Positions 15,468 to 26,727 of a stretch of DNA of 27,704 bases are shown in pieces. Where the stretch lies: positions 1-27,704 of IMG/VR virus record IMGVR_UViG_3300044723_004817; one strand, 5' to 3'. Numbering within the stretch: position 1 is the stretch's first letter; each line of letters starts with the position of its first letter. The DNA comes from a virus (taxonomy: Duplodnaviria > Caudoviricetes). The position numbers and the translations under genes were made by a program. Below the pieces are notes generated by a model, which did not search any database, was not told the origin of the DNA, and saw nothing but the letters and a program-made list of their open reading frames with translations.

Positions 15468-18400
15468 TATGCTAACGCTATTGCTCTAAAGTTACGGAAT
15501 GTAGGTACAGCTGCAGATGATGTCGAGTACATCACAATCTTAATGCTAAACGTAGTAAAGTTATCATAGGTAACAGAACCGCTAGTATATGAAATATCAT
15601 CTGCATAATATTCGTACTCATTAAACAATGAAACCGACTGATTGACCGTAATACTCGGTTGTCGTCTAGTCATTAAGACATATGGTCTTTCTTCAAAATT
15701 AATATCATCCTCACTATTTATAACTCGGTAATAAACTTCAACCGATGCACCCGAAGGCATGTTTTGATCTACGAAGACTTTAAGGCTGGTAGCTTCTAGA
15801 CCTTCTGCTAGAGTAACCTTTCTTGTAATATATTTTGCAAGCGCATGGCTGTCTGTAGCTTCTGTTTCAGCAACCTCTCCACCAGTAGGAGGTGCGTTAA
15901 TTACATTTTTAATCAAGGAAATTCCTGCAGAACCGACATCAAAGTATGGTGAAACATTGGTATCACTAGTTCTAAAGGTAACCTTTAATTGAAGATCATT
16001 ATTAGTTGTGATCTCCTTCGAAGTGCTAAAGATCAGATCTTGATTTGGTATCACCTTCTCAAAGGGCTGTACTGCTCCCCCGTCATTTTTAGTAGACAGC
16101 TCATACACAGAATTCAAACTTCGTAACGCGTCAAATTTAGACATTGATATGTTAGCTATATCAAACTTACCAACTGTATTGGCATATAATGTATTAGCAT
16201 TGTATGCTGCGCGTCCAATATTATTAGCTGACAGAGTTACACTGTAGTTAGTATTAATAGTAAACTGAGCTTGCTTCAACCTGAAGCACAAATCAGATTC
16301 TTGTTGGGCAGTCCAAGTTCTTGCGTTCTGAGACTTAAACAAAGAACCCAGTGTAGGTTGCTCGGTAACAAACCCAGTACCATCTAACCTCTCTTCACCT
16401 ATTGTTGAAATGTATGTGAGGTAGTTGAGCGAGTCCGTCAGCAGCACGATACAATATTCACCCGGAGGCAAATGTATAGGACACTTGAATGCAACGTTAG
16501 TGGCCGTTGGAGTAGTGGCGTTAGCATTGATCTGACTCGGATTCAAGGAAACTTGAGACATAGGAATGGCTTCGTCAGCGCTTGGGAAACCATTTACCGT
16601 AGGACGTAGTTCTACACGCAAAGGTAAACTATTGTCCTTTTGTGCTATAAAGATATCTGCAGAACTTATAAAAATACCATCAGGATAAAATTCCTCTGGT
16701 ATAGTAAAGGTTTGCGCAAGGGGGTCGTAACCGTATTCACAGACAATGTTAGGGTTGCTTCCATCACCATGCACTGCTGAAGCTCCACGGTTAACAGTTG
16801 CCGCCGTTACAATAGCTGCACCCAATGCAACAGGACTCTCGAATTGACCATTAATATATTCAGTAAGCCAATAATTCCAACCTGCTACTTCTGGTCGTCT
16901 TCCAATCCTTTGCTCGTATTGAGCAGTGATGAAATCTGCTGTGGATAGTTCATCAGCTGTAAGTGATCTACCTATAGTTGCTTCGATGTCCCCAATAGCA
17001 CTGGCTTTAGTATCGTTGGTAGTAAGGAAATATCCATTTTCTACTTTTGAAGTCTGAACAAATCCTGCTGGTGCTCTTAACAACTCATAACGCTTAGTCA
17101 TTGTTGTAGTGGTGGTATAGGTGTCTAACTTACCTCTAGAACTGAACGTGGTAGAAGCGTAAGAAGTTGAAAACTGAGGATTAATAAAGTTATCAACAAA
17201 CAAGACTTCTATAGTACCAGCTTCGAATCTAAGACTATCACCCTTAGAATTTGATAGATCAGGCAGCACCGTAGCATTTGGATTTGCAGAATAAGCAGAA
17301 GCACTTAAAACTTGCCTTGTATTAGGAACCCAAAAATAACCACTTGCTGAGCCAAAGCTGTCTGTGATTATCTCACGGTTTGTAATGTCACTGTACAAGA
17401 CTTGTTCGGCCCTAGTTGAGCTGAAAGTATTTGGCGCCATCCACTGAGTACAATCAATACCTCCTAACAAGAGGTGTAGTTTAGTATTAGGTCTAGCTCC
17501 CTCAATCGTAAAGTTAACTTTACGGGTTCGCATGTAAGGGTAAAAAACACTTTCTGTAAGTCTAGTGCTGGTTGAAGTGTCTGTTTCAACCTGTACAGAT
17601 AATTTAGTTGCACTAATTTGTCCAGTAGTGGTAATTTGAGATGCCCAAACTCCAGGACCATCTACCGCAGTTGGATCGTTAGTACCTGCATACGAGCCTT
17701 CTACTTTTACAATTTCTGCTGGACCCTGACTTGTTTGTTGCCAGTCTCCATACTCATATCCATTACTACCTTTTACAAAGTCCTGAAGATATGTCAGGTG
17801 ATCGAGGTTACCATCTGAGTTAACCAACACACTTACATTCTTATTATCGGTCCAGGAGTCTGATGATGGATCCAAGAATACGTTGCCGGTAAAAGATACA
17901 ACTTGAAACGGATTTACATTTAAAGTATCAGAAGCCAACTCTTGAGAAACAAAATTTATTTCAGAGAATGGAAGTGTAGCAATCTTATTGTTTATAGTAA
18001 GACCGCTACCAGCTTGTGGAACCAACTCAGTTGAATCACCAGTAAAGGTAGGACGCATAACCTGTCGACGTCTATCAATAGATGCCTTATAGTTCTTATC
18101 GAAAACATTACCTACTGAGTGACCTTTAAATGGATCAACTATAAAACCGTTCTTATATCTGGCATCTCCATTGTCATCAAGAAACTGGGTACTAGCAACT
18201 TGAGATTCAAGTAAATTCAAAGAAGTATAATACTCAAGTTTCTCTACTCTCTTTTCAATATTACCAATGTCCTTCATTGTGTATCGAGAATTGTCTTCTA
18301 GCTTTATCCTCAAATCCTTTTCGTTGTACGTATAAGGATTTACATAGATAGTTGCCAGGAGCATTTGATCTTTATCAACTTCTGGAATTATAGGATTGTT

Positions 18401-21073
18401 TAAAGATGGAGTTCCGGAGGTCAGAATAAAATTGCCTACCGAGTCCAAAGAGAGCTTGTGTACTATTTTCTTATAGTAGCTATAATCAGCCTCTGCTTCA
18501 AAAGTTTGAGAGTCAACAATTTGATGGTTGTCGAAGGCTTTTGTAGAGTGATAATAATTAGCACTCGCGTCAGCTGTTCTAGTAGGTCTGAAATCCAAAG
18601 CGTCTCTTAGAGCAACCGTACGTCCTTTTTCATCCCTGTAATATGGGATGTTATTATAGTCGGGATAGCTTGCCTGTGAAAAGTAACCTAAACCACCGCC
18701 ATGCGCATAGTAATCAAAGTCTACTAGAATTTGGTTTGTGCTTGCAGACAGACCAGGTTTCAGTGTAATGGTCGAATGATCATAGTATGCATCACGAGCA
18801 TTACGGTTAAAATTAAAGTTGTTAGTGACATCTTGTATGGTCGTATTAGTACTATTGTTAGCTGGAATAATTTGACCTGTGTTAGAAGATACAAAAGTTG
18901 AGTTACCTTCATAGATCGCATTAATTTTTATTACATCGGCGTACCCAAGAGAAAGAGAATTCGCTGAAGTTGGATATCCAAGTGCATACGTTTTGGTTGC
19001 ATTGGTTCTAGTTTTTACTCGTCTAGTGTCGGCTGTAACATCTATTGTGGCATATATGTCAGCAGTACCATTAAACGAAGCTTCATTTACATCAATTATA
19101 GCTGACGCTGGGTTGCCTGGTGTAGGTGTTGGTATTGTGACAGATCGACCAGCTGCTTCCAAGTCAACGTTTTTATTGTTTGATATAGTGCCTGCCCCGC
19201 CAGTTTTTACTACTACGATAAAGTTTTCAGTAGCCAGGCTACCTGCACCAGAGGAGAATCTCTCTGAACCCCCTAAAGTCTGAATTGTAACAGATCCACC
19301 AGTAAACGAAACATCAGAAAACTTTCGCTTAAACTTGTAATCGACGTTACTTGTGTTTGCTACATGGGTGTGTGGGAACAGAAACAGACTTCTGTTAAAT
19401 TGTTTGTCTGACAAATTAACACTAGTAAAATTAAGAATGTTGTTCGCATTGGTTACAGTTGCGTTTCGACTTAAAGTAACTGTATCAAACAGAATAGAGC
19501 TCACAGTGGTGTTAGCAAGGATACCTGGACCGCTAACTACTTGCCCTACTTGTACTCCACCGATACTAGTTAACCTTACTGAGGTTTTACCTGCGGTGGT
19601 TCCACCTGTCTTGTTAAACGAAGTGATGCTATCAGAGTGAACTGCAGCATAGGCGTTATTACTTGAATGCGTACCTAACGTAATGCTTTTTACAGAATTA
19701 AAGTTCTTCTCACTGTTAGTAATTCGAACATCGTACAGAAACAACTTATACTTTCTCTGATCACTGGTGCCGGATAGGTACTCAATATTTCTTACATGAG
19801 CTTCACCAATCTTTGAATCAGCATCTGGAGTTACTCTAGCATGTAGTTCTACCCTATCATCTATGTCCATCAATCCGTTGGACAGCGTATTGGCTATTAA
19901 GTAGTTTCCATACAGTGTAGTAATTTTTTGTTCAGCAACAGTATCGAGCGCTCGGGACTTAGGAATAGCAACGTCAATATTAGAACCCGTTCTGACTCTG
20001 TATCCCTTAACATAAGCAGTTCCTGGTGAAAATCTTGCCACCAGGTTAGCAGTCGTAGCCGCAGTATTAGCTACTGATAGATTAAGGCCCTCGACCGTAT
20101 AGTTTCCAGACTCTTCGTAAGTTCGCTTTGCCAATACATCTGCAAGTGTGTTATAATCTGGAGACGGACGTTTACGGATAAACTGTCCGTTCTTTACCCT
20201 AGCTACTTCAAAATAGTTATTTGAAGTTAACGGTGGTACATCAAGAGATGAAAGTGGTTTGGCAGTAACTGTAAGTTCTACCTTTAATCTGTCTGCTCCA
20301 GGAGCAGCATAGTTGTAGCTACCCCTTGCAGGATCTGTTAATGTACTATCATCATCACTAGTAACTAAGGTTTCTGTAGATGTGAATCCAATACTTACAA
20401 TATGTTCTATGTTTGCTGCAACTGCTGCAGTCTGCTTTGGAGCCCTAATAAACAGGCCTTTGTGGTAATAAACCGACTCATCTACCGAATACAAGAAACC
20501 TCTAGTTACTGGTCTTTTAGCAACAGTACTTTCTGCTGTAGATAAAACTTGAGCTGTGCCTGTGTTTGAAAAGAATAGACCAGTATTACTATTAATGTAC
20601 GATGAGCTAAAATCTATAATGTCGTTATTAGAAACAATAGAATAGTAGATAGAAGAATTGGATGTAGTATTAGCACTCTGTAAATATTGAACGTAAATTA
20701 AGTCGTTGTCACCGCCTGCAGCAGGCACAGCCTTTTTAACGTAAAATAAATCTTGTGAATTACGGCTCCTAGCATACTTTCCTTCAAAACTAGAGACGTC
20801 GATAGCGACACCGCCATACGTCGACTTTAATCTAAAAACACCTACTTGGTCGAGTACCTCCGATGAACCACTAACCTGCGAACCATCTTTAAAAATATGA
20901 TTACCAAAACGATGAATTTGGTTTTGTAAGATTGTCTGCTGTTGTGTTAGCTCTCTAGCCTGTACGGCAAATCCAGGACGATACAAAATACGATGAAAGT
21001 TTTTAGTTTCATCGTAATCATCGTAGTATGGATCTACGTTGAAGTTAGTTACTAGGTTGTTGTTAGCAGTCAT
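15467..21073 (-). CDS. Large virion structural protein, DUF4815/VrlC-like
   Basis: N-terminus FNVDPYYDDY...ILYRPGFAVQARELTQQQTILQNQI, plus APGADRLK, RTYEESGNY, RYTMKDIG..EKRVEKLEYYTSL, DPLAQTF and GSLFKSQNARTW motifs seen in this T4-like family. Confidence 0.88.
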   Translation of the reverse strand: MTANNNLVTNFNVDPYYDDYDETKNFHRILYRPGFAVQARELTQQQTILQNQIHRFGNHIFKDGSQVSGSSEVLDQVGVFRLKSTYGGVAIDVSSFEGKYARSRNSQDLFYVKKAVPAAGGDNDLIYVQYLQSANTTSNSSIYYSIVSNNDIIDFSSSYINSNTGLFFSNTGTAQVLSTAESTVAKRPVTRGFLYSVDESVYYHKGLFIRAPKQTAAVAANIEHIVSIGFTSTETLVTSDDDSTLTDPARGSYNYAAPGADRLKVELTVTAKPLSSLDVPPLTSNNYFEVARVKNGQFIRKRPSPDYNTLADVLAKRTYEESGNYTVEGLNLSVANTAATTANLVARFSPGTAYVKGYRVRTGSNIDVAIPKSRALDTVAEQKITTLYGNYLIANTLSNGLMDIDDRVELHARVTPDADSKIGEAHVRNIEYLSGTSDQRKYKLFLYDVRITNSEKNFNSVKSITLGTHSSNNAYAAVHSDSITSFNKTGGTTAGKTSVRLTSIGGVQVGQVVSGPGILANTTVSSILFDTVTLSRNATVTNANNILNFTSVNLSDKQFNRSLFLFPHTHVANTSNVDYKFKRKFSDVSFTGGSVTIQTLGGSERFSSGAGSLATENFIVVVKTGGAGTISNNKNVDLEAAGRSVTIPTPTPGNPASAIIDVNEASFNGTADIYATIDVTADTRRVKTRTNATKTYALGYPTSANSLSLGYADVIKINAIYEGNSTFVSSNTGQIIPANNSTNTTIQDVTNNFNFNRNARDAYYDHSTITLKPGLSASTNQILVDFDYYAHGGGLGYFSQASYPDYNNIPYYRDEKGRTVALRDALDFRPTRTADASANYYHSTKAFDNHQIVDSQTFEAEADYSYYKKIVHKLSLDSVGNFILTSGTPSLNNPIIPEVDKDQMLLATIYVNPYTYNEKDLRIKLEDNSRYTMKDIGNIEKRVEKLEYYTSLNLLESQVASTQFLDDNGDARYKNGFIVDPFKGHSVGNVFDKNYKASIDRRRQVMRPTFTGDSTELVPQAGSGLTINNKIATLPFSEINFVSQELASDTLNVNPFQVVSFTGNVFLDPSSDSWTDNKNVSVLVNSDGNLDHLTYLQDFVKGSNGYEYGDWQQTSQGPAEIVKVEGSYAGTNDPTAVDGPGVWASQITTTGQISATKLSVQVETDTSTSTRLTESVFYPYMRTRKVNFTIEGARPNTKLHLLLGGIDCTQWMAPNTFSSTRAEQVLYSDITNREIITDSFGSASGYFWVPNTRQVLSASAYSANPNATVLPDLSNSKGDSLRFEAGTIEVLFVDNFINPQFSTSYASTTFSSRGKLDTYTTTTTMTKRYELLRAPAGFVQTSKVENGYFLTTNDTKASAIGDIEATIGRSLTADELSTADFITAQYEQRIGRRPEVAGWNYWLTEYINGQFESPVALGAAIVTAATVNRGASAVHGDGSNPNIVCEYGYDPLAQTFTIPEEFYPDGIFISSADIFIAQKDNSLPLRVELRPTVNGFPSADEAIPMSQVSLNPSQINANATTPTATNVAFKCPIHLPPGEYCIVLLTDSLNYLTYISTIGEERLDGTGFVTEQPTLGSLFKSQNARTWTAQQESDLCFRLKQAQFTINTNYSVTLSANNIGRAAYNANTLYANTVGKFDIANISMSKFDALRSLNSVYELSTKNDGGAVQPFEKVIPNQDLIFSTSKEITTNNDLQLKVTFRTSDTNVSPYFDVGSAGISLIKNVINAPPTGGEVAETEATDSHALAKYITRKVTLAEGLEATSLKVFVDQNMPSGASVEVYYRVINSEDDINFEERPYVLMTRRQPSITVNQSVSLFNEYEYYADDISYTSGSVTYDNFTTFSIKIVMYSTSSAAVPTFRNFRAIALA

Positions 21074-21088
21074 ATCTGTTTCTCTTTA

Positions 21089-22624
21089 TCAAAACTTAAC
21101 AGTGATTGTAAAGTTTTCTGTTTGAGCTGAATCTCTTTCTATTGGTCTTTGTGTTACCGTATAAAGCATCTGACCGCTGTACGGAACCAAATCAGGTTTA
21201 GTAATTTGATCTATAACAGCGGTTACTCCGGATGAATTTGCGGTAATTGTTTCCGCGTTTGCAAAAAATCCTTCTGGATAGCTCAAATGAAGTACACCTT
21301 TTGTACGAGACGAGTTGGTGTTAGCAAAATACACAACCCGCCCAGCTGAACCAGATGTACCCCCTTTAACAAATTCATCTTGTGTAAAGTCTCCAGTTAT
21401 TGAATTCAATGACAAACGAAAAGTTTGATCATACCTATCACCACTAGCGACAGCACCTGTTGATCTTAATGTTGGGTCCTTTACTATACCATAAATTCTA
21501 AATTGATTGTTAGCAGCGAAATACCCACCTTCGTTACCAGTTACCTGTACATTCATTGTTACATTACGAGCAAATAGCTCATTTTCAGGATCGGCGCCGT
21601 GGCCACCAACTCCGGGTAAGTATGTAACAGCCGTTGCACCAGATCCAAAGGAAGGATTTGCAGTAATATTAACTCGGGCTCTAGAGTAACTGCTACCCTC
21701 ATTGATAGGCGTAATTTTAGCTACGGATCCAGATTGCACGTTGGCATACGCTAACGCACCGGTGCCATCTCCAATAATATTTATCCGTGGTCCAATATGG
21801 TAAGTACTAGAGGTATTGGGTGATACTGTAAATGCATTGTTGACCGTAACTAGTTTTGTCGAAGCATTGTACCCCGTAATAACTCTAATCTGTCCAGAAC
21901 CAAGACCGTTTGAGATGAAAATAGTTGAACCATTATAAACATTGTCTGACTCAACAGCAGTATTTGCAATAGTTAGTTGAGTTGTACTAGTGACACCTGC
22001 AAAAGTGCCCTTGTTTTCAAGGTATCCGCTACCACCAGATGTAACTTCATAAATGGGTACTGAACCATTTGCGGCGGCTTGCTGTACTGTCCACTGAGCG
22101 CTACCATCGTTAGTTGTTAAAGTTTTGACTGGTATGTGGTTTAAGCCACCATATCTATTCATATCGGCAGCACTTATGTCGTACATAAACTTCCACTTGT
22201 ACCCATCAGCAGTAGTAATTACTGATGTAGATTTACCAGTTGGCATTACGGTACTTAATGAATTTGATGAATTAAACAGACACTTGTATACTTCGTTGTT
22301 ACTAGTTATAACATAGAAGTTACTTGTAGAAAGATCACCATTAGTATCGCTATACTGAGTGTATAATGTATTAGCAGCCCACGAGTACTTAGTAGCAGAC
22401 ATGGTAACACTATTATTAGATATCTTTTTTACAGCAGTCATTCCTCTCCAAATACCCCTCTCAGCATACTGAGTATCTGAAAAGGCAGGAGGGTTATAAT
22501 CATCACCCCAAGGATCTATTCTAGAATAAAATAGATAATGTTGTGAAGGATCGGATTCAGCAAACGACTCTTTAAACTGCTGCGCAGCATGTACGTTAAA
22601 ATTCTTTTTTACTAATATCGCCAT
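21089..22624 (-). CDS. gp8: Baseplate wedge subunit
   Basis: FYVITSNNEVYKCLFN, TADGYKWKFMY, GGHGADP..EL and PYSGQMLY...RDSAQTE motifs; follows the gp7-like gene. Confidence 0.9.
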   Translation of the reverse strand: MAILVKKNFNVHAAQQFKESFAESDPSQHYLFYSRIDPWGDDYNPPAFSDTQYAERGIWRGMTAVKKISNNSVTMSATKYSWAANTLYTQYSDTNGDLSTSNFYVITSNNEVYKCLFNSSNSLSTVMPTGKSTSVITTADGYKWKFMYDISAADMNRYGGLNHIPVKTLTTNDGSAQWTVQQAAANGSVPIYEVTSGGSGYLENKGTFAGVTSTTQLTIANTAVESDNVYNGSTIFISNGLGSGQIRVITGYNASTKLVTVNNAFTVSPNTSSTYHIGPRINIIGDGTGALAYANVQSGSVAKITPINEGSSYSRARVNITANPSFGSGATAVTYLPGVGGHGADPENELFARNVTMNVQVTGNEGGYFAANNQFRIYGIVKDPTLRSTGAVASGDRYDQTFRLSLNSITGDFTQDEFVKGGTSGSAGRVVYFANTNSSRTKGVLHLSYPEGFFANAETITANSSGVTAVIDQITKPDLVPYSGQMLYTVTQRPIERDSAQTENFTITVKF

Positions 22625-22626
22625 CG

Positions 22627-24870
22627 TTAAATGTTACCATCGTAGATGTATCTGAATACACCGTTCGACATATTGCCGCCGGTAAACTCAGTGTTAATTG
22701 TGAACGTAGTGTTACTGAATACAGTATTAACTATATATGTCGTGTTGCCAGATGTACCTGGTACTATATCTTGAATTTCAATTTGTGATCCACCTTTAAC
22801 TATAGTAGAGAAGATAGCAGAACCATCACCCTGTACAACAAATGGCGTACCTATAATAACTGGATCATCTAGATGTTGTGTAATAGGTTTACCAAGATAG
22901 GTCGTGATAGTATTATTGTTAGATACGTAAATATAACCGTTAGCAAGTAAGTATACGTCATCTGCAGGTTCTCCAACTACTAATGTAGACTCTATTGAAG
23001 TAGTGAACAGATCCCTAGACAATATGTTGTCAATAGATACGTTGGCTGTTGGCACTATCGGTGGCAACGACATGTCCCTACTCAAGACGTTATCTGTAGA
23101 GAACGCCTCAGTACTTACTATGCTAGCTGCAACCATGCTCATGTTAACTATTGGATTAGGTACTGCAGCTGTACTGGTAATGGATGGTAAATTAAATACT
23201 CGACTTACAACATAATCAGTACCAAATGACAATGTTGAATCTATACTTGGTACACCATCCTTGCCACCAATCAAATCTGTCGACACGTTAGTCTCGACAT
23301 CCAATCCAGTCAAGTCAACGGTGTCATAAAGATCAATTTGTCCAAACAATTTGTTGCCGGCTGGATGAATGACATCATTTACAATTTTCTTATAAGTTCT
23401 AAAAGCTATCTCTGATCTTAAAACGTAACTAAACTCCTGATAATAATAATTGTCTTGAAGTCTTTGATCCCAACTTAAAAATCCCTTAGTTCCTTTATAG
23501 CTGCCTAGTTCGTTGATAACGCCAGATACGACTGGGGTACCTGTTGCGTCAGATGCGGTACGAGTTTGATTTGATACAGTAACGCTATCAATTGTGTTAT
23601 AAAGTTGCCCACCCTGAGTGACAGACAAAGCTGTTATTGATCCTGCTATGTACGATGGTGTAATTACAGCATTGCGCCCTTTAATGCCTCCAGCACCATC
23701 CGAAAGTTCAAGTGGTGATATTGCGTTGTCGACTGCGACAACATTTGGTATCGAATTAAGTTGATAGTTGCCTGTAGTGACAGATATAGCACTTATTTTA
23801 CCTGCTTGTAAAGATATTGTACCAAGCGCTGAACCTAACGACGTCGATGAATTAGATGAAGCAAGATTAGAACTGATGACACCAGAGTTCGAACTAAAGG
23901 TAGGCCCGTATCCAATTGGTGTGTCTGAAAGACCTTGAATGGTGTCACTATAGCCAAATATAGTTTCAGCATTTGCTATAGCAGTAACAGTTACTGCTCC
24001 AATCAGACCACCTTTTGGTGATCCTCCGGATATAGTAACAACTGTATTACCAACTGTATACCCACTACCACCATTGGTAATCTTAAAAGTTAAAACTTCG
24101 TTACTGGTAGCATCTACAACTCCAGTAGCGCCAGTACCCGATGCACTAGTTAAATTAACCAGATCGCCTGGCTGATGACCTGTACCACCTTGAGCACTCG
24201 CAGTACCAAACGTAACTTTAGATAGCGGACCAATATTGTTTACCACTACCCCGCTTTCACCACTAGTAGTTGTTACTTGCTCTAGGTCAATAAACGATCC
24301 AGATACTTCTGTCAATCTTAGCTGTTTTAATTCAACACCACCTTCAAATATGGTTAGTACTTTTAATACCTTACCGGTAGCACCAGAACTAGAACCAGTA
24401 ACAATTTTACCGACAATACCATCTACGTTACCAGAGAAAGGAGCACCAAGACGTACAATAGTATCTTGAGTCCATCTTCCATCAGACGCTCTCAGAATAT
24501 TTTCACTAGGTTTATACACCGATACATTCTGATCATACAGAATACGGAATAGAAGGTTATAAGCAGCAGTCGACCCTTTTGCGCGATACAAGTCTTTTAT
24601 TCGTTTTGCGACTAGCTTTTTATCGGCCAAGATATTCTCAGGAAAGTCAGCCAATACTTCTCGTCTGAAGTATTCATAGAATTTGTCAAGATTAGTAGAA
24701 TCGATATCACGGTTATATAAATGATTCTTACTGACTTCTGTAACTTGGCCAGTAGTCTCCATCCACTCATAGTATGCTTTTAAGAACGCAACGAGATTAG
24801 GGCCTTCTTCGAGAAGATATCCCGGAACCTGACTTTCTACTAATGTCGATATTTTATTATCGGTGGCCAT
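22627..24870 (-). CDS. Baseplate wedge subunit, gp7-like
   Basis: ISTLVESQVP...FLKAYYEW, KDLYRAKGS..AYNLLFRILY, LRASDGRW and LQDNYYYQEFSYVLRS...IHPAG motifs; lies between gp6 and gp8. Confidence 0.8.
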   Translation of the reverse strand: MATDNKISTLVESQVPGYLLEEGPNLVAFLKAYYEWMETTGQVTEVSKNHLYNRDIDSTNLDKFYEYFRREVLADFPENILADKKLVAKRIKDLYRAKGSTAAYNLLFRILYDQNVSVYKPSENILRASDGRWTQDTIVRLGAPFSGNVDGIVGKIVTGSSSGATGKVLKVLTIFEGGVELKQLRLTEVSGSFIDLEQVTTTSGESGVVVNNIGPLSKVTFGTASAQGGTGHQPGDLVNLTSASGTGATGVVDATSNEVLTFKITNGGSGYTVGNTVVTISGGSPKGGLIGAVTVTAIANAETIFGYSDTIQGLSDTPIGYGPTFSSNSGVISSNLASSNSSTSLGSALGTISLQAGKISAISVTTGNYQLNSIPNVVAVDNAISPLELSDGAGGIKGRNAVITPSYIAGSITALSVTQGGQLYNTIDSVTVSNQTRTASDATGTPVVSGVINELGSYKGTKGFLSWDQRLQDNYYYQEFSYVLRSEIAFRTYKKIVNDVIHPAGNKLFGQIDLYDTVDLTGLDVETNVSTDLIGGKDGVPSIDSTLSFGTDYVVSRVFNLPSITSTAAVPNPIVNMSMVAASIVSTEAFSTDNVLSRDMSLPPIVPTANVSIDNILSRDLFTTSIESTLVVGEPADDVYLLANGYIYVSNNNTITTYLGKPITQHLDDPVIIGTPFVVQGDGSAIFSTIVKGGSQIEIQDIVPGTSGNTTYIVNTVFSNTTFTINTEFTGGNMSNGVFRYIYDGNI

Positions 24871-26727
24871 TTAGTACGTCGACGATACTGATACTACCCC
24901 TGTCTCGGTAGAAACAGTGGATTGGTTAGTGGAAGACAATGATCTAGATACTGCTTCACTCTCGTCTGTAAGATTATTAATAATCGACACTTTAGAATCA
25001 GCAAGTTGACATATCTGGCTTCTTAGTGATTTAATAACCTGTTCTCTAGGCTGTGCATTAATCTTAATACCATCCCCACTATACCCTGTGAATTTTATAG
25101 CGTTAATTTTAACTGTACCCATTTCATAATCTACTACACCCGCATTCTGATCAATATACACGCGTGCATTACTTGCTATTCTGTAGATTCGCAGCTTTCC
25201 TTTTCCATCATCATCAAAGTAACAAGTAAATCCCTGATAGGTAAATGAGCTACTACTGATAGCATGCAGGTGACCACTATGTGGGTGGTATAATGCATTA
25301 TTGAATTTTACTTGGTATGCTTGAGTGATCGTAGTATTAGGAATAAACCGTCTCTGCATTAATTCTGTTACAGATACGTTTACTACACTATCATCAATTG
25401 CATCGATCTTTTTAATAAATTCTGACAGATAGAAGTTACGGTTAAACACCCCAAGCTCGTTAGTGTTGAAAGAAGACATGACACTATTAACTTGATTGAG
25501 TAACGTATCAGCTGTCTTACTAGTAACATTAGGATTATAACGTACTTCTACTGTAGGAACGACATACAGATACTCAGCATCTACGAATACTGGTTCTATA
25601 GTAACGACGTTTCTATCATCTAGTAATTGTACAAGCTCATCCTTACGAGACTGAGTAAGAAGAGTATTCCCTATAGGCTTAGCCGCAATATACACTTTAC
25701 CGTATACAGGGGGACTATTCTTTTCACCACCCCATACACTAATAGTCTGAAGATCAGGTGCATTGTTTAAAAGGATGTTCTTATAGTCGTTAGCAGTAAC
25801 TGCTCTATTCTGAGCACTGTAGTTTCTAGGCGCATTAAATTTAATACTGTCTATAGACTGAGGATTTGCACCCCCGGATGCTCTACTAGTAGTACTAATG
25901 GTATACGAACTATTACCAGCAAGTGTAGCAGGACCATTAAATGTTCTAGCACCGTTTAAAGTAGGGCCGTTACATACGTTGTAATTAAGTTTAACAATAT
26001 TACCATCCGATGGTTTTTTACCAAGTATGTTATCGCCAAACAATACTTCAAAAGCACCATCACCATTCTCTTGAAGGAAGTATACGGCCGAATTTCCATT
26101 TATAGCTGAAAGATCATTGGCTAATTTATAAACCTGTACAGCCGTGTTAGAAACGCTCTGCTGCACGGTAACTTTAAGACTAGTGGTATCACAGTTTTCG
26201 TTATTAAGTAAGTATGAAACAGGCGCTACTGTACTTACGGTATAAGACTCCTGTACAGGATCGCCTTCTCTAATAACCATGCTGTTAGTATAAGCACCTG
26301 CATCAGAACGAGTGAATGTAGTACTGTTAATAGACTGGAAGATATAAGACACCCCATCTACAGTACTAGTAAATTGAGTGTTAGCAGGAACAGTAACCGT
26401 ATCAGGAGTACCAGCAGGATTAACCGTTACATTCAAAGTCGCTCTAGCACCCCTGGCACTAGTAGGAGTAAACCCAAGCATCTTAGCACGTGATACAACA
26501 TTGTTTCTTAAAAGCGCTGTATCTAAGAACGATTCATTAGATGCGAAGTTAGTATAGATCGAATTATAATAGGTGTTATAAGCAAGCAGCTGAATAATAG
26601 TCTGCATACCGCTACTTTCAAAGTCATAGTCCTGAAACTCTGACTGACTAGAAAGATACGCCTGTAGATTGCCTTTGATCGTATCAAAGTTTATGTCTGT
26701 TACTATAAGTGCGTTATTAGCAGCCAT
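24871..26727 (-). CDS. gp6: Baseplate wedge subunit
   Basis: FDTIKGNL..YL..Q.EFQDYDFE.SG, LAYNTYYN, NESFLDTA.LR..VVS.AK.LG, FGDNILGK and AQNRAVTANDY motifs. Confidence 0.96.
   Translation of the reverse strand: MAANNALIVTDINFDTIKGNLQAYLSSQSEFQDYDFESSGMQTIIQLLAYNTYYNSIYTNFASNESFLDTALLRNNVVSRAKMLGFTPTSARGARATLNVTVNPAGTPDTVTVPANTQFTSTVDGVSYIFQSINSTTFTRSDAGAYTNSMVIREGDPVQESYTVSTVAPVSYLLNNENCDTTSLKVTVQQSVSNTAVQVYKLANDLSAINGNSAVYFLQENGDGAFEVLFGDNILGKKPSDGNIVKLNYNVCNGPTLNGARTFNGPATLAGNSSYTISTTSRASGGANPQSIDSIKFNAPRNYSAQNRAVTANDYKNILLNNAPDLQTISVWGGEKNSPPVYGKVYIAAKPIGNTLLTQSRKDELVQLLDDRNVVTIEPVFVDAEYLYVVPTVEVRYNPNVTSKTADTLLNQVNSVMSSFNTNELGVFNRNFYLSEFIKKIDAIDDSVVNVSVTELMQRRFIPNTTITQAYQVKFNNALYHPHSGHLHAISSSSFTYQGFTCYFDDDGKGKLRIYRIASNARVYIDQNAGVVDYEMGTVKINAIKFTGYSGDGIKINAQPREQVIKSLRSQICQLADSKVSIINNLTDESEAVSRSLSSTNQSTVSTETGVVSVSSTY

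Noticed and set aside
13547-26132. Intragenic TATAAATT-like boxes near 13550 and 26125
   Set aside because: They are imperfect matches deep inside coding regions of an AT-rich sequence and are expected by chance.
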